A stretch of DNA of 64,000 nucleotides, from IMG/VR virus record IMGVR_UViG_3300030380_006483; one strand, written 5' to 3'. The notes under the pieces are model-generated. The model searched no databases and was not told where the DNA came from. It saw nothing but the letters and a program-made list of their open reading frames with translations. Positions 16,841-26,129 of this stretch are shown here, in pieces. How positions within the stretch are numbered: the stretch's first letter is position 1; each line of letters opens with the position of its first letter. The DNA is from a virus. Both the position numbers and the translations under genes were made by a program.

Positions 16841-16860
16841 AAAGATTTTTATATCGACAA

Positions 16861-17208
16861 TTACTGGATTTTATATTCCATTAGAAATATTGGGTTTTTG
16901 AATTCAAATCCTTTTTTTCTAAATATATCTACTGTTGTATCTCTACAATATGTTCTTATAGTATAACCTTTATAGTTTTCATTTACGAATTTCCACCTTG
17001 CCTCCCATAGTTTTGTATATACACCTTTTCTTCTATATTTCTCATCTACATAGGCATTCTCAAATAGTATTTCATTATTAGATAAAAAAGACATTGTTAC
17101 CCATCCTATCTCTTTATCATTAAGCATAGCAACCCAACCACAATTAGAATTCTTATTAGCGGGTACATTAGTTGGTATTCTATATGTTACTATTTTTAGG
17201 CCTTTCAT
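16861..17208 (-). CDS. GNAT-family acetyltransferase
   Basis: YVDEKYRRKGVYTKL (motif A) and FRKKGF; the only credible minus-strand gene. Confidence 0.85.
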   Translation of the reverse strand: MKGLKIVTYRIPTNVPANKNSNCGWVAMLNDKEIGWVTMSFLSNNEILFENAYVDEKYRRKGVYTKLWEARWKFVNENYKGYTIRTYCRDTTVDIFRKKGFEFKNPIFLMEYKIQ

Positions 17209-17221
17209 GGTAATAAATAGG

Positions 17222-17252
17222 TTGGAGAAGTGAGAAAAAGTTATTATATTAC
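17222..17252 (+). promoter_or_regulatory. -33/-7 promoter variant
   Basis: ttgg 17222-17225, 19-nt spacer, TATATTAC at 17245. Confidence 0.55.
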
Positions 17253-17277
17253 ATAGTTATATACGAATATATTAGTT

Positions 17278-17853
17278 ATGAAATTTGATTTAAACACTGT
17301 TACTTTTCGTAAATTTAACGAACATTTACATACCTACCACATCCCAGGTTTACATGATAGTTTAATTCCTTATAAGGAAAAGGTAATGAGGGTTTATGAA
17401 GATTCCCATCCTAGGAAAAATAAATCTCCTGATGCTAATGTTTTGTTTGTTGATAAAGAATTTAATGATATTTATCAAACTTTACTTTATGATATAGTAA
17501 ATAAATACTATATTGTTGATAGTACATGGGAAGGGTGTGCTTTTGCTATATATTCTCAAAGTAATGAAGATTCTATTAATAATTTACATTGTCATATTAA
17601 TGATCATAGTTTAGTGTGTACTTTTTATATTGATCCCCCAAATTCAAATGAAGGGGGAGAACTTGAAATTTGGGATAATGAAATGCAAAAATTTCAAAAT
17701 ATTAAAATTAATAAAGATTACATATACTTCTTCCCAGGTTGGTTACTTCATAGACCTTTACCGCAAACTTCTACAATACCAAGAGTATGTTTTAATTGGG
17801 GATATAGAAGTTCTTTAAAACCACTTCATAGATTAACAGGAGATATATGGTAA
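17278..17853 (+). CDS. 2OG-Fe(II) oxygenase, TIGR02466-like
   Basis: LHCHIN...GGELE...FPGWLLHRPLP...RVCFNW. Confidence 0.85.
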   Translation: MKFDLNTVTFRKFNEHLHTYHIPGLHDSLIPYKEKVMRVYEDSHPRKNKSPDANVLFVDKEFNDIYQTLLYDIVNKYYIVDSTWEGCAFAIYSQSNEDSINNLHCHINDHSLVCTFYIDPPNSNEGGELEIWDNEMQKFQNIKINKDYIYFFPGWLLHRPLPQTSTIPRVCFNWGYRSSLKPLHRLTGDIW

Positions 17854-18416
17854 TGAAGAAAATACAAGATCAAATATATTCATACAAATTTCCTTATACT
17901 AATATTATTAATAAGTATAAACCTTCTATTATTAAAAAATATTCTGAAGAGTTTGATAATAGGGTTAAAACAGGTCAACCTTTTTCTGATTTTCACTTCC
18001 AAGACACAGATTTTACAAATGAAATATGCCCTTCTTTAGAAAAAATAGTTAAAAATAATTGGTATACAGGAAATATATTAGTAAAACAGGGTTTAAGAGT
18101 TTATATTCAAACAGATGCTTATTTTACTTCTGTTTTCCATTCTCATGAGCATTTATTAGGTTCTATAGCATGTGTTTTTTATGTAAATATCCCTAAAGAA
18201 GGAGGTGAAATTGAGTTTGAGTATAGTGGGAATAAAGGACCTAATGGTTATAATCAAATTATTAAACCTGAGGAGGATACTATATATTTTTTTCCTATGT
18301 GGTTACCACATCGTCCCTTACCTCATAAAGATAAAAATTTTACAAGGTTATGTTTTAATTGGTTTTATTGTTGTGAAACCAGAGCACAACACAAATATTT
18401 TGGAGATAGGTGGTAA
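17847..18416 (+). CDS. 2OG-Fe(II) oxygenase, TIGR02466-like (tandem paralog of the previous gene)
   Basis: FHSHEH...GGEIE...FPMWLPHRPLP...RLCFNW; both end [HQ]...GD[IR]W. Confidence 0.85.
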   Translation: MVMKKIQDQIYSYKFPYTNIINKYKPSIIKKYSEEFDNRVKTGQPFSDFHFQDTDFTNEICPSLEKIVKNNWYTGNILVKQGLRVYIQTDAYFTSVFHSHEHLLGSIACVFYVNIPKEGGEIEFEYSGNKGPNGYNQIIKPEEDTIYFFPMWLPHRPLPHKDKNFTRLCFNWFYCCETRAQHKYFGDRW

Positions 18417-18421
18417 AATAT

Positions 18422-18455
18422 TTAGCTACCCGGGAGGCTTTTCGTATATTTACGG
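18422..18455 (+). promoter_or_regulatory. -33/-7 promoter, near-duplicate of 19097..19130
   Basis: ttagctacccgggaggcttttcgtatatttacgg; 28/34 identical to the 19097 copy by manual alignment. Confidence 0.75.
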
Positions 18456-18472
18456 TGATATAATTTATAATT

Positions 18473-19084
18473 ATGAAAAATATTAAAATTCCAGGAGATG
18501 GGTTTCTAGTAATTGATGATTTACTTCATCCATCTATATCAGATAAAATAGAGGATGTTATATTTGAAGAAACTAGGGTAGGATTAGGAGAATGTATAGA
18601 AGCTACATGTCAGGATCCCCCAAATCATAAAAATATATACGAACAATTCCAACTTACACATGCTACAGTATTAAATGGTGAATGGTCTTGGTCTCAAGAT
18701 CTTCTTGGAATACATTCTTTACCTTTACTTTCTGCTATTTCTCATTTAGGATTAACTATACATGATTCAGAAATATCTCGGTTAAAAATTAATTTACAAA
18801 CTAAAGCCTATGGAGATGTTACAAATAGATATAATACACCTCATGTAGACATTGTTGATCCAAATTATATAGTTGTAATATATTATGTAAATGATAGTGA
18901 TGGTGATACATTTTTATTTAATGAACCTGATGGAACTGATATTAATGATTTAACTATTAAAGCAAAAATATCTCCTAAAAAAGGAAGAATTATTATAATG
19001 AATAGTGATATTTTACATACAGGGTGCCATCCTACTAAGAATATGTATAGAGCCGTTATAAATTATGGCTATAAGCCGAAGTAA
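18473..19084 (+). CDS. 2OG-Fe(II) oxygenase
   Basis: PHVD, YYVNDSDGDT, LHTGCHP, YRAVINY. Confidence 0.85.
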   Translation: MKNIKIPGDGFLVIDDLLHPSISDKIEDVIFEETRVGLGECIEATCQDPPNHKNIYEQFQLTHATVLNGEWSWSQDLLGIHSLPLLSAISHLGLTIHDSEISRLKINLQTKAYGDVTNRYNTPHVDIVDPNYIVVIYYVNDSDGDTFLFNEPDGTDINDLTIKAKISPKKGRIIIMNSDILHTGCHPTKNMYRAVINYGYKPK

Positions 19085-19096
19085 TGCACAGGAGGC

Positions 19097-19130
19097 TTGG
19101 CTACCCGAGTAACCTTTCGTATATTTACGG
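19097..19130 (+). promoter_or_regulatory. -33/-7 promoter
   Basis: ttggctacccgagtaacctttcgtatatttacgg. Confidence 0.75.
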
Positions 19131-19157
19131 CATATTAATAATTAAAAATAAAAGGTT

Positions 19158-19997
19158 ATGTTAGATTTACAAAGTTCAGATTTTTTAAGTTTAGAGGAGA
19201 TTAGAGAAATGGCTCCTTCAGTATTTACTACTAATGGTAGTAAAAGTACTTCCGATAAGTATACACACATCCCAACAGATAGAGTAATTAGAGATTTAGA
19301 GGTATTAGGATGGAAAGTAGCCGATGTAAAAGAGGTTGCTGCTAGAAAAGAGGATAATAAAGGTTTCCAAAAGCACCTAGTTGTATTTAGAAATGAAGAT
19401 GTTGTGATTACAGGTAATGATGGTGATACAGTTTATCCACAAATTTTACTTACTAATTCACATGATGGAAAAAATTCATTTAAATTCCAAGCTGGTTTAT
19501 TTAGGATGATATGTGAAAATGGTTTAGTTGTTGCTGACGAGTCATTTGAGGATTATTCAATTAGACATATGGGTTATGATTTTGAATCATTACAGTCATT
19601 AATTACAGAAATGGTTTCAAATCTTGATTTAACAGTTGAATCAATGAATAAAATGAAGCAAATTGAATTAGATGAAGAACAACAATTAAAATTAGCTAAG
19701 AAGTTACTTGATATTAGATTAGAAGGTACAGGTAATGCTTATGATGATTATCAACCAAAATCTATAAATTATTCTCAAAGAAAAGAAGATAATGGAGTTG
19801 ATTTATGGAGTGTATTTAATAGACAACAAGAGAATATTATAGAAGGTAATTTTAAATATTTCAATGGAGAGAAATATGCTAAATACGAGAATGTTAATAT
19901 GGAGTTTATAGGCAGACAAGCTAGACCAATTAAGAATTTTAAGCAGGATATGGATGTTAATAAAAAAATGTTCGCTGCAGCATTAGAATTAGTATAA
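19158..19997 (+). CDS. DUF932 family protein
   Basis: APSVF, YTHIPT, LLTNSHDG...FQAGLFRMICENGLV, DLWSVFNRQQEN. Confidence 0.85.
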   Translation: MLDLQSSDFLSLEEIREMAPSVFTTNGSKSTSDKYTHIPTDRVIRDLEVLGWKVADVKEVAARKEDNKGFQKHLVVFRNEDVVITGNDGDTVYPQILLTNSHDGKNSFKFQAGLFRMICENGLVVADESFEDYSIRHMGYDFESLQSLITEMVSNLDLTVESMNKMKQIELDEEQQLKLAKKLLDIRLEGTGNAYDDYQPKSINYSQRKEDNGVDLWSVFNRQQENIIEGNFKYFNGEKYAKYENVNMEFIGRQARPIKNFKQDMDVNKKMFAAALELV

Positions 19998-20221
19998 TGA
20001 AACAGTGGATTAAAAATACTTTAGATGGTATGAGGGAGGATTTAAAAGAATTCCTCCCTAAATCCCTTATTGATGTTGTTGAACCAACAGATTTAGTTAA
20101 AATGCATCAATATAAATGTGGGAATGAATTGTTGAAAGAAGAATATAGAATTAAAAGTACCAATGAATATATTGAAATGATGAATTGGTATGAAGCGAAA
20201 TCAAAAATAAAAATGTTATGA
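19997..20221 (+). CDS. Hypothetical protein
   Basis: 74-aa coupled ORF. Confidence 0.7.
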   Translation: MKQWIKNTLDGMREDLKEFLPKSLIDVVEPTDLVKMHQYKCGNELLKEEYRIKSTNEYIEMMNWYEAKSKIKML

Positions 20222-20753
20222 AAAATATAGGAAAATATGAGTTTATGTTAATATGGTGGATAGGTATTCCATTATATTTAATTGCAGTTTCATTAATAAT
20301 GATATTAGTGGCACTTAAAGATTCAATGTGCTTTTAATATGAGTTTAATTTATATGCAATCCACTATTGATTATATGCATTCAAAAGATCCTTTATTATT
20401 AGATAAATTAATAAAGTTGGGTGATCCTGAAATTAAAGAAATTATTAGAGAGGATACTATTAAATATTATAAATTTAAGTTATGAATAAGCAAAAATTAG
20501 AAAAATTATATTTGGAAGTTGGTCAGATTCAAGAATTACTCGAAGATGGTTATATCCATACTGCTAAAATAATGGTTGAGGAATTAAGAGTAAAATTGCA
20601 AAATCAAGTTTACTAATGAAAAAACATCCTTATTACGATAGAGAAAGTAAAGAAACATCATTTAAAATAGCGATTTGGTGTGGTATTGGATTAGTAGTAT
20701 TACTTATAATTATACTCGCAGGTTCTGCCCTTAATTTAATTGAATTACAATAA
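20218..20753 (+). CDS. Four coupled small ORFs: 20218..20337 (TM), 20339..20485, 20482..20616, 20616..20753 (TM)
   Basis: Manual translation; 39, 48, 44 and 45 aa, with abutting or overlapping start/stop codons. Confidence 0.6.
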
Positions 20754-20763
20754 GATAATATAT

Positions 20764-21288
20764 ATGGATATAAAAATAATTGATAATGCGTTTGAAATTG
20801 AGCGTCAACAGTTTTTATATGAAGTTTGTAAAAAAGCAAACTACACTATAGGGTGGAATGATACTGGGTTAATAGATACTTTAGGTAGAGTTTATTTTCA
20901 TTGCATATTAAGTACTGAGTTAATTGCAAGGTTTAGAATTGAAGAAGAGATTAGAAAAACTGAATTTGGAGAAATGTTAAAGGATTATAAGGTAAAAAAA
21001 GGAGTTATTAACTGTTCTAGACCTGGGGAGACTTATTATGCTCATTCTCATGATATGGGTGAAATAGTGGTTTTATATTATCCAAATCTTAGATGGCAAC
21101 AAGAATGGGGAGGGGAGACTATGTTTTATGATAAAAGAACCCAAGAATTAGCATATGCAAGTGAATATAAACCTAACCGATTGTTAATATTTGATGGCAC
21201 AATTCCCCATAGTGTTAGGCCACCTTCTTACATATCAGATCAATATAGATTTACTATGGCAACATTCTTTGAACCAAAAAATAATTAA
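20764..21288 (+). CDS. 2OG-Fe(II) oxygenase (P4H-like)
   Basis: Tracked ORF 20740; ATG 20764 preferred. AHSHD, WGGETMFY, PHSVRPP; paralog of 7990..8613. Confidence 0.85.
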   Translation: MDIKIIDNAFEIERQQFLYEVCKKANYTIGWNDTGLIDTLGRVYFHCILSTELIARFRIEEEIRKTEFGEMLKDYKVKKGVINCSRPGETYYAHSHDMGEIVVLYYPNLRWQQEWGGETMFYDKRTQELAYASEYKPNRLLIFDGTIPHSVRPPSYISDQYRFTMATFFEPKNN

Positions 21289-21290
21289 AA

Positions 21291-21578
21291 ATGGAAGATA
21301 TATTTAAAAATACATTAGAAGATTTAGATAAAACTTATAGTGAATTAGGGAAGATGAAAGATCAACTACTTTCTATGTCCTTAAGTTCAATAGACCCTCT
21401 TTTCGAAGAAAAAGACCCGGCATACAAATTAATGGACCAAAAAAGTACTAATGAAGTTCTTTCTACATTAAAAAAAGATTTATTACCTTTATTTAAAGAT
21501 CAAAAATTTAAAAAAGGGGTATCTAAGGTTAAAAAATATATAAAACTTTTACAAGAAAACTTGGAAAAGCAAAAATAA
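21291..21578 (+). CDS. Hypothetical helical protein
   Basis: 95-aa ORF. Confidence 0.7.
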   Translation: MEDIFKNTLEDLDKTYSELGKMKDQLLSMSLSSIDPLFEEKDPAYKLMDQKSTNEVLSTLKKDLLPLFKDQKFKKGVSKVKKYIKLLQENLEKQK

Positions 21579-21627
21579 AACATTACCTTTTGGGTACGAG
21601 AGATTTAAAAAATTAAATATTTATGAA

Positions 21628-21960
21628 ATGGGGGTTAAGGAAATAGAAATAAAAGGGGTAGGGGATACCACGTTATATACACTTACACACTGTACTTACT
21701 GTATTGCTTTAAAAAAAGCACTCAACCATTTAAAAATTCCATTTAAAGAGATTGATGTTGATGAAAATGAATATATGGGTGATTGGATTGAAAGAAATTT
21801 AAAAACAGAAAGCTACCCAGTAATACATTTCACCAAAAGACCAGGAGAAGATTTATATATTCTTCCTAGTAGTGATTTGGATAAGTTAGGGAGCAATCGT
21901 ATATTTAATACGATAGAGGAAGCACTAGAAATCCTTTTAGAATATTATTATGAGATATAA
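21628..21960 (+). CDS. Glutaredoxin-like protein
   Basis: CTYC, IPFKEIDVD, ESYPVI. Confidence 0.85.
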   Translation: MGVKEIEIKGVGDTTLYTLTHCTYCIALKKALNHLKIPFKEIDVDENEYMGDWIERNLKTESYPVIHFTKRPGEDLYILPSSDLDKLGSNRIFNTIEEALEILLEYYYEI

Positions 21961-22123
21961 AGATTTAATACAAAGAAATTTTGAAAAAATTGAAAACCAG
22001 CTTAACATTGTAAAACACAATGCTCAAAGGGGTGAACAAAGACAAGTTAATGAGACAATCGACAATATAAAAGAAATTATTGAACAATCTCAAACTTATT
22101 TAAATAACGAAACACAAGAATAA
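21950..22123 (+). CDS. Small coiled-coil protein (57 aa)
   Basis: Manual translation MRYKDLIQRNFEKIENQLNIV... Confidence 0.7.
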   Translation: MRYKDLIQRNFEKIENQLNIVKHNAQRGEQRQVNETIDNIKEIIEQSQTYLNNETQE

Positions 22124-22125
22124 AC

Positions 22126-22878
22126 ATGGTTTTAACAGCGGAGCAAATAAAAAGCAATTACGACGTTCTTTTGAATGGTATTGAAAAATATGTTGAAGGC
22201 GAACGTAAACAACAGTTTCTAGATTTTTATAATAAACTAGACGAAAGAATTGCTTTACTACCTGCTTCTCATAAAAAAGCGTATCATAATTGCTTCCCGG
22301 GGGGTTATGTTGATCACGTTATACGTGTTATAACTGCCGCATTCAAGGTTCATAAGGTGTGGCAGGAAATGGGAACAAAAGATACCTATACAGAAGAGGA
22401 ATTATTTGTTGCCGCTTTAAACCATGACTTAGGTAAAATAGGAACATTAGAACATGTTGCAGTTTTACCATCCAAAGATGAATGGAGAAAGAAAAATTTA
22501 GGTGAAATGTACACCTTTAATACTAATAATGAATACATGACTGTCCCAGACAGAGGTTTATTCTTATTACAACAAGCAGGGATCCAATTAACTACAAATG
22601 AATGGATTGCTATTAAAACACACGATGGTTTATATGATCAAGCAAATGAACCTTATTTAAAAGGTTTTATGCCTGAAACTAAACCTCGTACTTCACTTCC
22701 CTTTATTTTACATCAGGCAGACCTTATGGCTGCTAGAATTGAATTTGAAAGAGAATGGTTAGACACTTTCGGTGATCAACCAAAACCAAAACAAACAAAG
22801 CAAGATCGAATTAACAAAAACTTCGATAAAATAGGTTCTGATAATGATAATTTAATGAATTTAGTTAAGAATCTCTAA
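22126..22878 (+). CDS. HD-domain phosphohydrolase (YhaM-like)
   Basis: YHNCFPGGYVDHV, NHDLGKIG, THDG, LHQAD. Confidence 0.85.
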   Translation: MVLTAEQIKSNYDVLLNGIEKYVEGERKQQFLDFYNKLDERIALLPASHKKAYHNCFPGGYVDHVIRVITAAFKVHKVWQEMGTKDTYTEEELFVAALNHDLGKIGTLEHVAVLPSKDEWRKKNLGEMYTFNTNNEYMTVPDRGLFLLQQAGIQLTTNEWIAIKTHDGLYDQANEPYLKGFMPETKPRTSLPFILHQADLMAARIEFEREWLDTFGDQPKPKQTKQDRINKNFDKIGSDNDNLMNLVKNL

Positions 22879-23168
22879 TGACTACAACCACTATAATAAT
22901 TTTAATTAATGTTGGACTTTTAATTTTTGGTACAATTTCTTATATAATTTGGAATTTACTTAGAAAAAATGAAAGACAAGAAGATATAATTAATACTCAA
23001 AATGAGTATATTCAAACTATATCTACTATAATGACGGAGTCAAATAAAAAAATCAAAGAAATAGATTCAAAACAAATATTTCAATCTGACGATGAAATAG
23101 GGTGGTTTTTTAAAGGTATAAAAGAGATTCAAGAACTAATCAACGAATACAACATCAACCATAAATAA
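22878..23168 (+). CDS. Membrane-anchored coiled-coil protein
   Basis: N-terminal TM helix. Confidence 0.75.
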   Translation: MTTTTIIILINVGLLIFGTISYIIWNLLRKNERQEDIINTQNEYIQTISTIMTESNKKIKEIDSKQIFQSDDEIGWFFKGIKEIQELINEYNINHK

Positions 23169-23975
23169 ATGATTGCACCATTAGACGAATCTCTTGAGGG
23201 TAAAATTCTAGCTGTACCCCAAAAAGATGAAGGCCCCCAATATACCAAAAAAGGAACTTTAAGAAAAAGAAGACCTAAAACCAAAAACCAATATTTTACT
23301 TCTGATACTGAAGAGGCTATTATAGAATACGTTAATGAGACGGATCAAGATAAGCGTAATGCTATTTATAATGCACGTATAAAGTATGCTTTCTTTAAGT
23401 TAACTGAAAATATTATTCATACATTCAAATTTTATTATACAGAAGTAGATACAATTCAACATCTACAACATGAAGTAATAACATTTTTACTTGAAAAACT
23501 TCACTTATACAAACAAGATAAAGGTAAAGCATTTTCTTATTTTGGTACTATAGCAAAAAGGTATTTAATACTTTATAATAATAATAATTATAAAAAATTA
23601 AAACAAAAAACAGATGTTGAAGCTGTTGACACAGACCAATCCATAGTAATTGATTTAACTAATAACTACTCACCAGACGAACCTATGGATAGGGCTACAG
23701 AATTTATAGAATATTTACTTAGATATTTTGATTTATATCTCTTCGATCACTTCACTAAACCAGAAGATGCTAAAACGGCAGATGCAGTATTAGAACTCTT
23801 CCGTAAAAGAGAAAATATCGAATTATTCAATAAAAAAGCGATATATATTTATATACGTGAAATGACTGATCAATCTACACCTCAAATTACTAAAGTAATT
23901 AAAAAGATGAAGAAAATTTATCTTAAATTAATGAACCAATATAGTGAGCATGGATATGTCAGTATGAAATTCTAA
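23169..23975 (+). CDS. Phage sigma factor, gp55-like (late transcription)
   Basis: LLEKLHLYKQDKGKAFSYFGTIAKRYL resembles sigma region 2; directly precedes the structural block. Confidence 0.6.
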   Translation: MIAPLDESLEGKILAVPQKDEGPQYTKKGTLRKRRPKTKNQYFTSDTEEAIIEYVNETDQDKRNAIYNARIKYAFFKLTENIIHTFKFYYTEVDTIQHLQHEVITFLLEKLHLYKQDKGKAFSYFGTIAKRYLILYNNNNYKKLKQKTDVEAVDTDQSIVIDLTNNYSPDEPMDRATEFIEYLLRYFDLYLFDHFTKPEDAKTADAVLELFRKRENIELFNKKAIYIYIREMTDQSTPQITKVIKKMKKIYLKLMNQYSEHGYVSMKF

Positions 23976-24014
23976 CTTTTCTATATATCCATATTTATAT
24001 CCAAAGCATAAATT

Positions 24015-24386
24015 ATGGATTTTTCAAGTATAAAATTATTCGGAAAGAAAAACTTTGCCGATCTTTTAAAAGAAATACATACAAACCAAAAAGATAAAGA
24101 AGTTCAATTACGTTCTTTAATAGAAGGACTAAAACCATTAATTACTTCACCCGGTGAAGCAACAATGATTGTCCCTTTAATTAAGGAATATATGGAATTA
24201 GCTATTAAAAATGATGATGCTCTAATTAAAATGGCCGGTATTGTCCAAAGAGCAATGAATAGCAAAGCAGCTGATTCAGAAGAACTTTTAACAGATGAGG
24301 ATAAAGAAATGCTCTTTAGTTCTCTTCAAGAATTAGATAATAAAATAGAAGTACCTAAATTAGAGGAGGCCAAGCATGCCAGTTAA
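24015..24386 (+). CDS. Hypothetical helical protein
   Basis: 123-aa ORF after ATATTTATA (23991). Confidence 0.8.
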   Translation: MDFSSIKLFGKKNFADLLKEIHTNQKDKEVQLRSLIEGLKPLITSPGEATMIVPLIKEYMELAIKNDDALIKMAGIVQRAMNSKAADSEELLTDEDKEMLFSSLQELDNKIEVPKLEEAKHAS

Positions 24387-25524
24387 TAGTCAATTTCCCA
24401 CTATAGGGAACTCTGCATTTGTACCTAATAGTAATCCAATATCTGTAATACAAAATGGAGGATTATTACCTGCTAGAGTTATAGATATATCTTTAGTTAC
24501 ATCTACTAATGGGAAGTCCATATTCCAAACTACAGGAGAATTTGCAAATATTGGAGCTATTAAATTTGAATTATTAGGTAATAATAATTCTAAAGCAAAT
24601 TTTCCACAAGGACCCGTCGCCTACCCACTTGATAATAATGTTAGAAAGGTTCCTTTAATTAATGAAATAGTTTTTATAATATCTGGTCCCTCTAGAAATA
24701 TAGCTTTAGAGGAAAATAGTGATGCTATAGACTTTTATTATATGAATGCTATTTCAATTTGGGGAAGGAGTCATCTAAATATGCTTCCTCCAAATTCATC
24801 TGTTAGTAAAAATACTAATACTGTACCTAAAGAGGATGTAGAAAAAGGAATTAATAATAATGAAAATAATCAAATAGATGAACCTAAACCAGGAAATATT
24901 TTTGTAGAAAAATCAGATATAAGAAATTTATTTCCAAATGAGGGGGATGTTATAATAGAGGGAAGGTTTGGAAATTCACTTAGATTTGGTTCAACTGCAA
25001 AACAACCCTCTGGAAGTAAAGATGTAGAAAGCCCTTGGAGTTCAGTAGGAGTAAATGGTCAACCTATCACTATTTTAAGAAATGGTCAATCCCAATTAGA
25101 TTTAGATTTTAATAATTGGTTTCCTATTTATGAAGATATTCAAAATGATGATTCATCAATTTATTTAACATCGGGACAAACTATTCCTATATTATATGGT
25201 TCATTTAGACGTGCATCTTTTCAACTTGATGGTACACCTGAAGCAAACACCACAAAACTTCTTCAAGAGGTGGACATAGTAGACCCTGATGCATCACCTA
25301 AAGAACTAGATGATATAAATAATCCTATTGATTCTATTAATCAGGAACCTGATTTAAGTACCGAAGAAAAATTTAAGGAATCTTTTAAATCTAAATTTAA
25401 TGAAGAACTAGATAAAATAAGTGAATTAAATAAATCCGGTGAAGATGTAAAAACTAGATCTAATATTGTTAATGAAGAAAATATCCAAAGAGATAGCTAT
25501 AGGGTAGGAGATCAAGATAGATAA
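24376..25524 (+). CDS. Baseplate hub/spike gp5-like protein, N-terminal part
   Basis: VPLINEIVFII (OB-fold-like) and EGDVIIEGRFGNSLRF; baseplate context. Confidence 0.55.
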   Translation: MPVNSQFPTIGNSAFVPNSNPISVIQNGGLLPARVIDISLVTSTNGKSIFQTTGEFANIGAIKFELLGNNNSKANFPQGPVAYPLDNNVRKVPLINEIVFIISGPSRNIALEENSDAIDFYYMNAISIWGRSHLNMLPPNSSVSKNTNTVPKEDVEKGINNNENNQIDEPKPGNIFVEKSDIRNLFPNEGDVIIEGRFGNSLRFGSTAKQPSGSKDVESPWSSVGVNGQPITILRNGQSQLDLDFNNWFPIYEDIQNDDSSIYLTSGQTIPILYGSFRRASFQLDGTPEANTTKLLQEVDIVDPDASPKELDDINNPIDSINQEPDLSTEEKFKESFKSKFNEELDKISELNKSGEDVKTRSNIVNEENIQRDSYRVGDQDR

Positions 25525-25542
25525 TGGTAAAAATTTAAAAAT

Positions 25543-26127
25543 ATGGGAAAAACATCAAAAGCAAAAAAACTAATGAAAGGGCTAGAAAATCAGGGAATAC
25601 CTGAATTTGAAGCGGCTGGATTTGATAGTAGTGAAATCCCAAGTTATAATACGGATAAAAACCCAACTCGTAGAGAAACTTTAGCTTCTAATAAGGCACC
25701 TAAAGGTCTTAGTTATAAACCTGAATTTCCTTATAGAGGAAAACAAATTATAATTGATTCTGATAGAGTAATATTAAATGGTAAAAAAGATTCTGCTTTT
25801 ATAATTGCGGATAAAGCAGTAGGTATATCTACTAATGGTACTTTTAATGTAGATAGTGGTGGAAAAACAATAATAAATTCCCCACAAATAGATTTAGGGT
25901 TAGAAGCTTCTCATCCTAGTGTAAAAGGTGATATTCTTGTAGCAGTATTACAACAATTTTTAATAGTAATAACTACACAAGTAGCCCCTCAATTACAAGC
26001 AGCTACAGATTCAAATAATGTGGATATAGCAACTGTAAACAGGGCAGGTGATGCTTTATTAGCTTCCGCAGTAGCTTTAAATGAAATATTAATAGATACG
26101 TTGTCTGAAAAAGTTAAAATACAATAA
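25543..26127 (+). CDS. Baseplate spike-like protein, C-terminal part
   Basis: GKQIIIDSDRVILNGKKD...INSPQIDLG...VKGD, beta-helix-like. Confidence 0.5.
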   Translation: MGKTSKAKKLMKGLENQGIPEFEAAGFDSSEIPSYNTDKNPTRRETLASNKAPKGLSYKPEFPYRGKQIIIDSDRVILNGKKDSAFIIADKAVGISTNGTFNVDSGGKTIINSPQIDLGLEASHPSVKGDILVAVLQQFLIVITTQVAPQLQAATDSNNVDIATVNRAGDALLASAVALNEILIDTLSEKVKIQ

Positions 26128-26129
26128 TT

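Noticed and set aside
14400-16860. tRNA genes in the GC-rich island
   Set aside because: No cloverleaf with T-loop GTTCRA and matching acceptor stem was found by eye; tRNAscan-SE would be needed to exclude atypical tRNAs.
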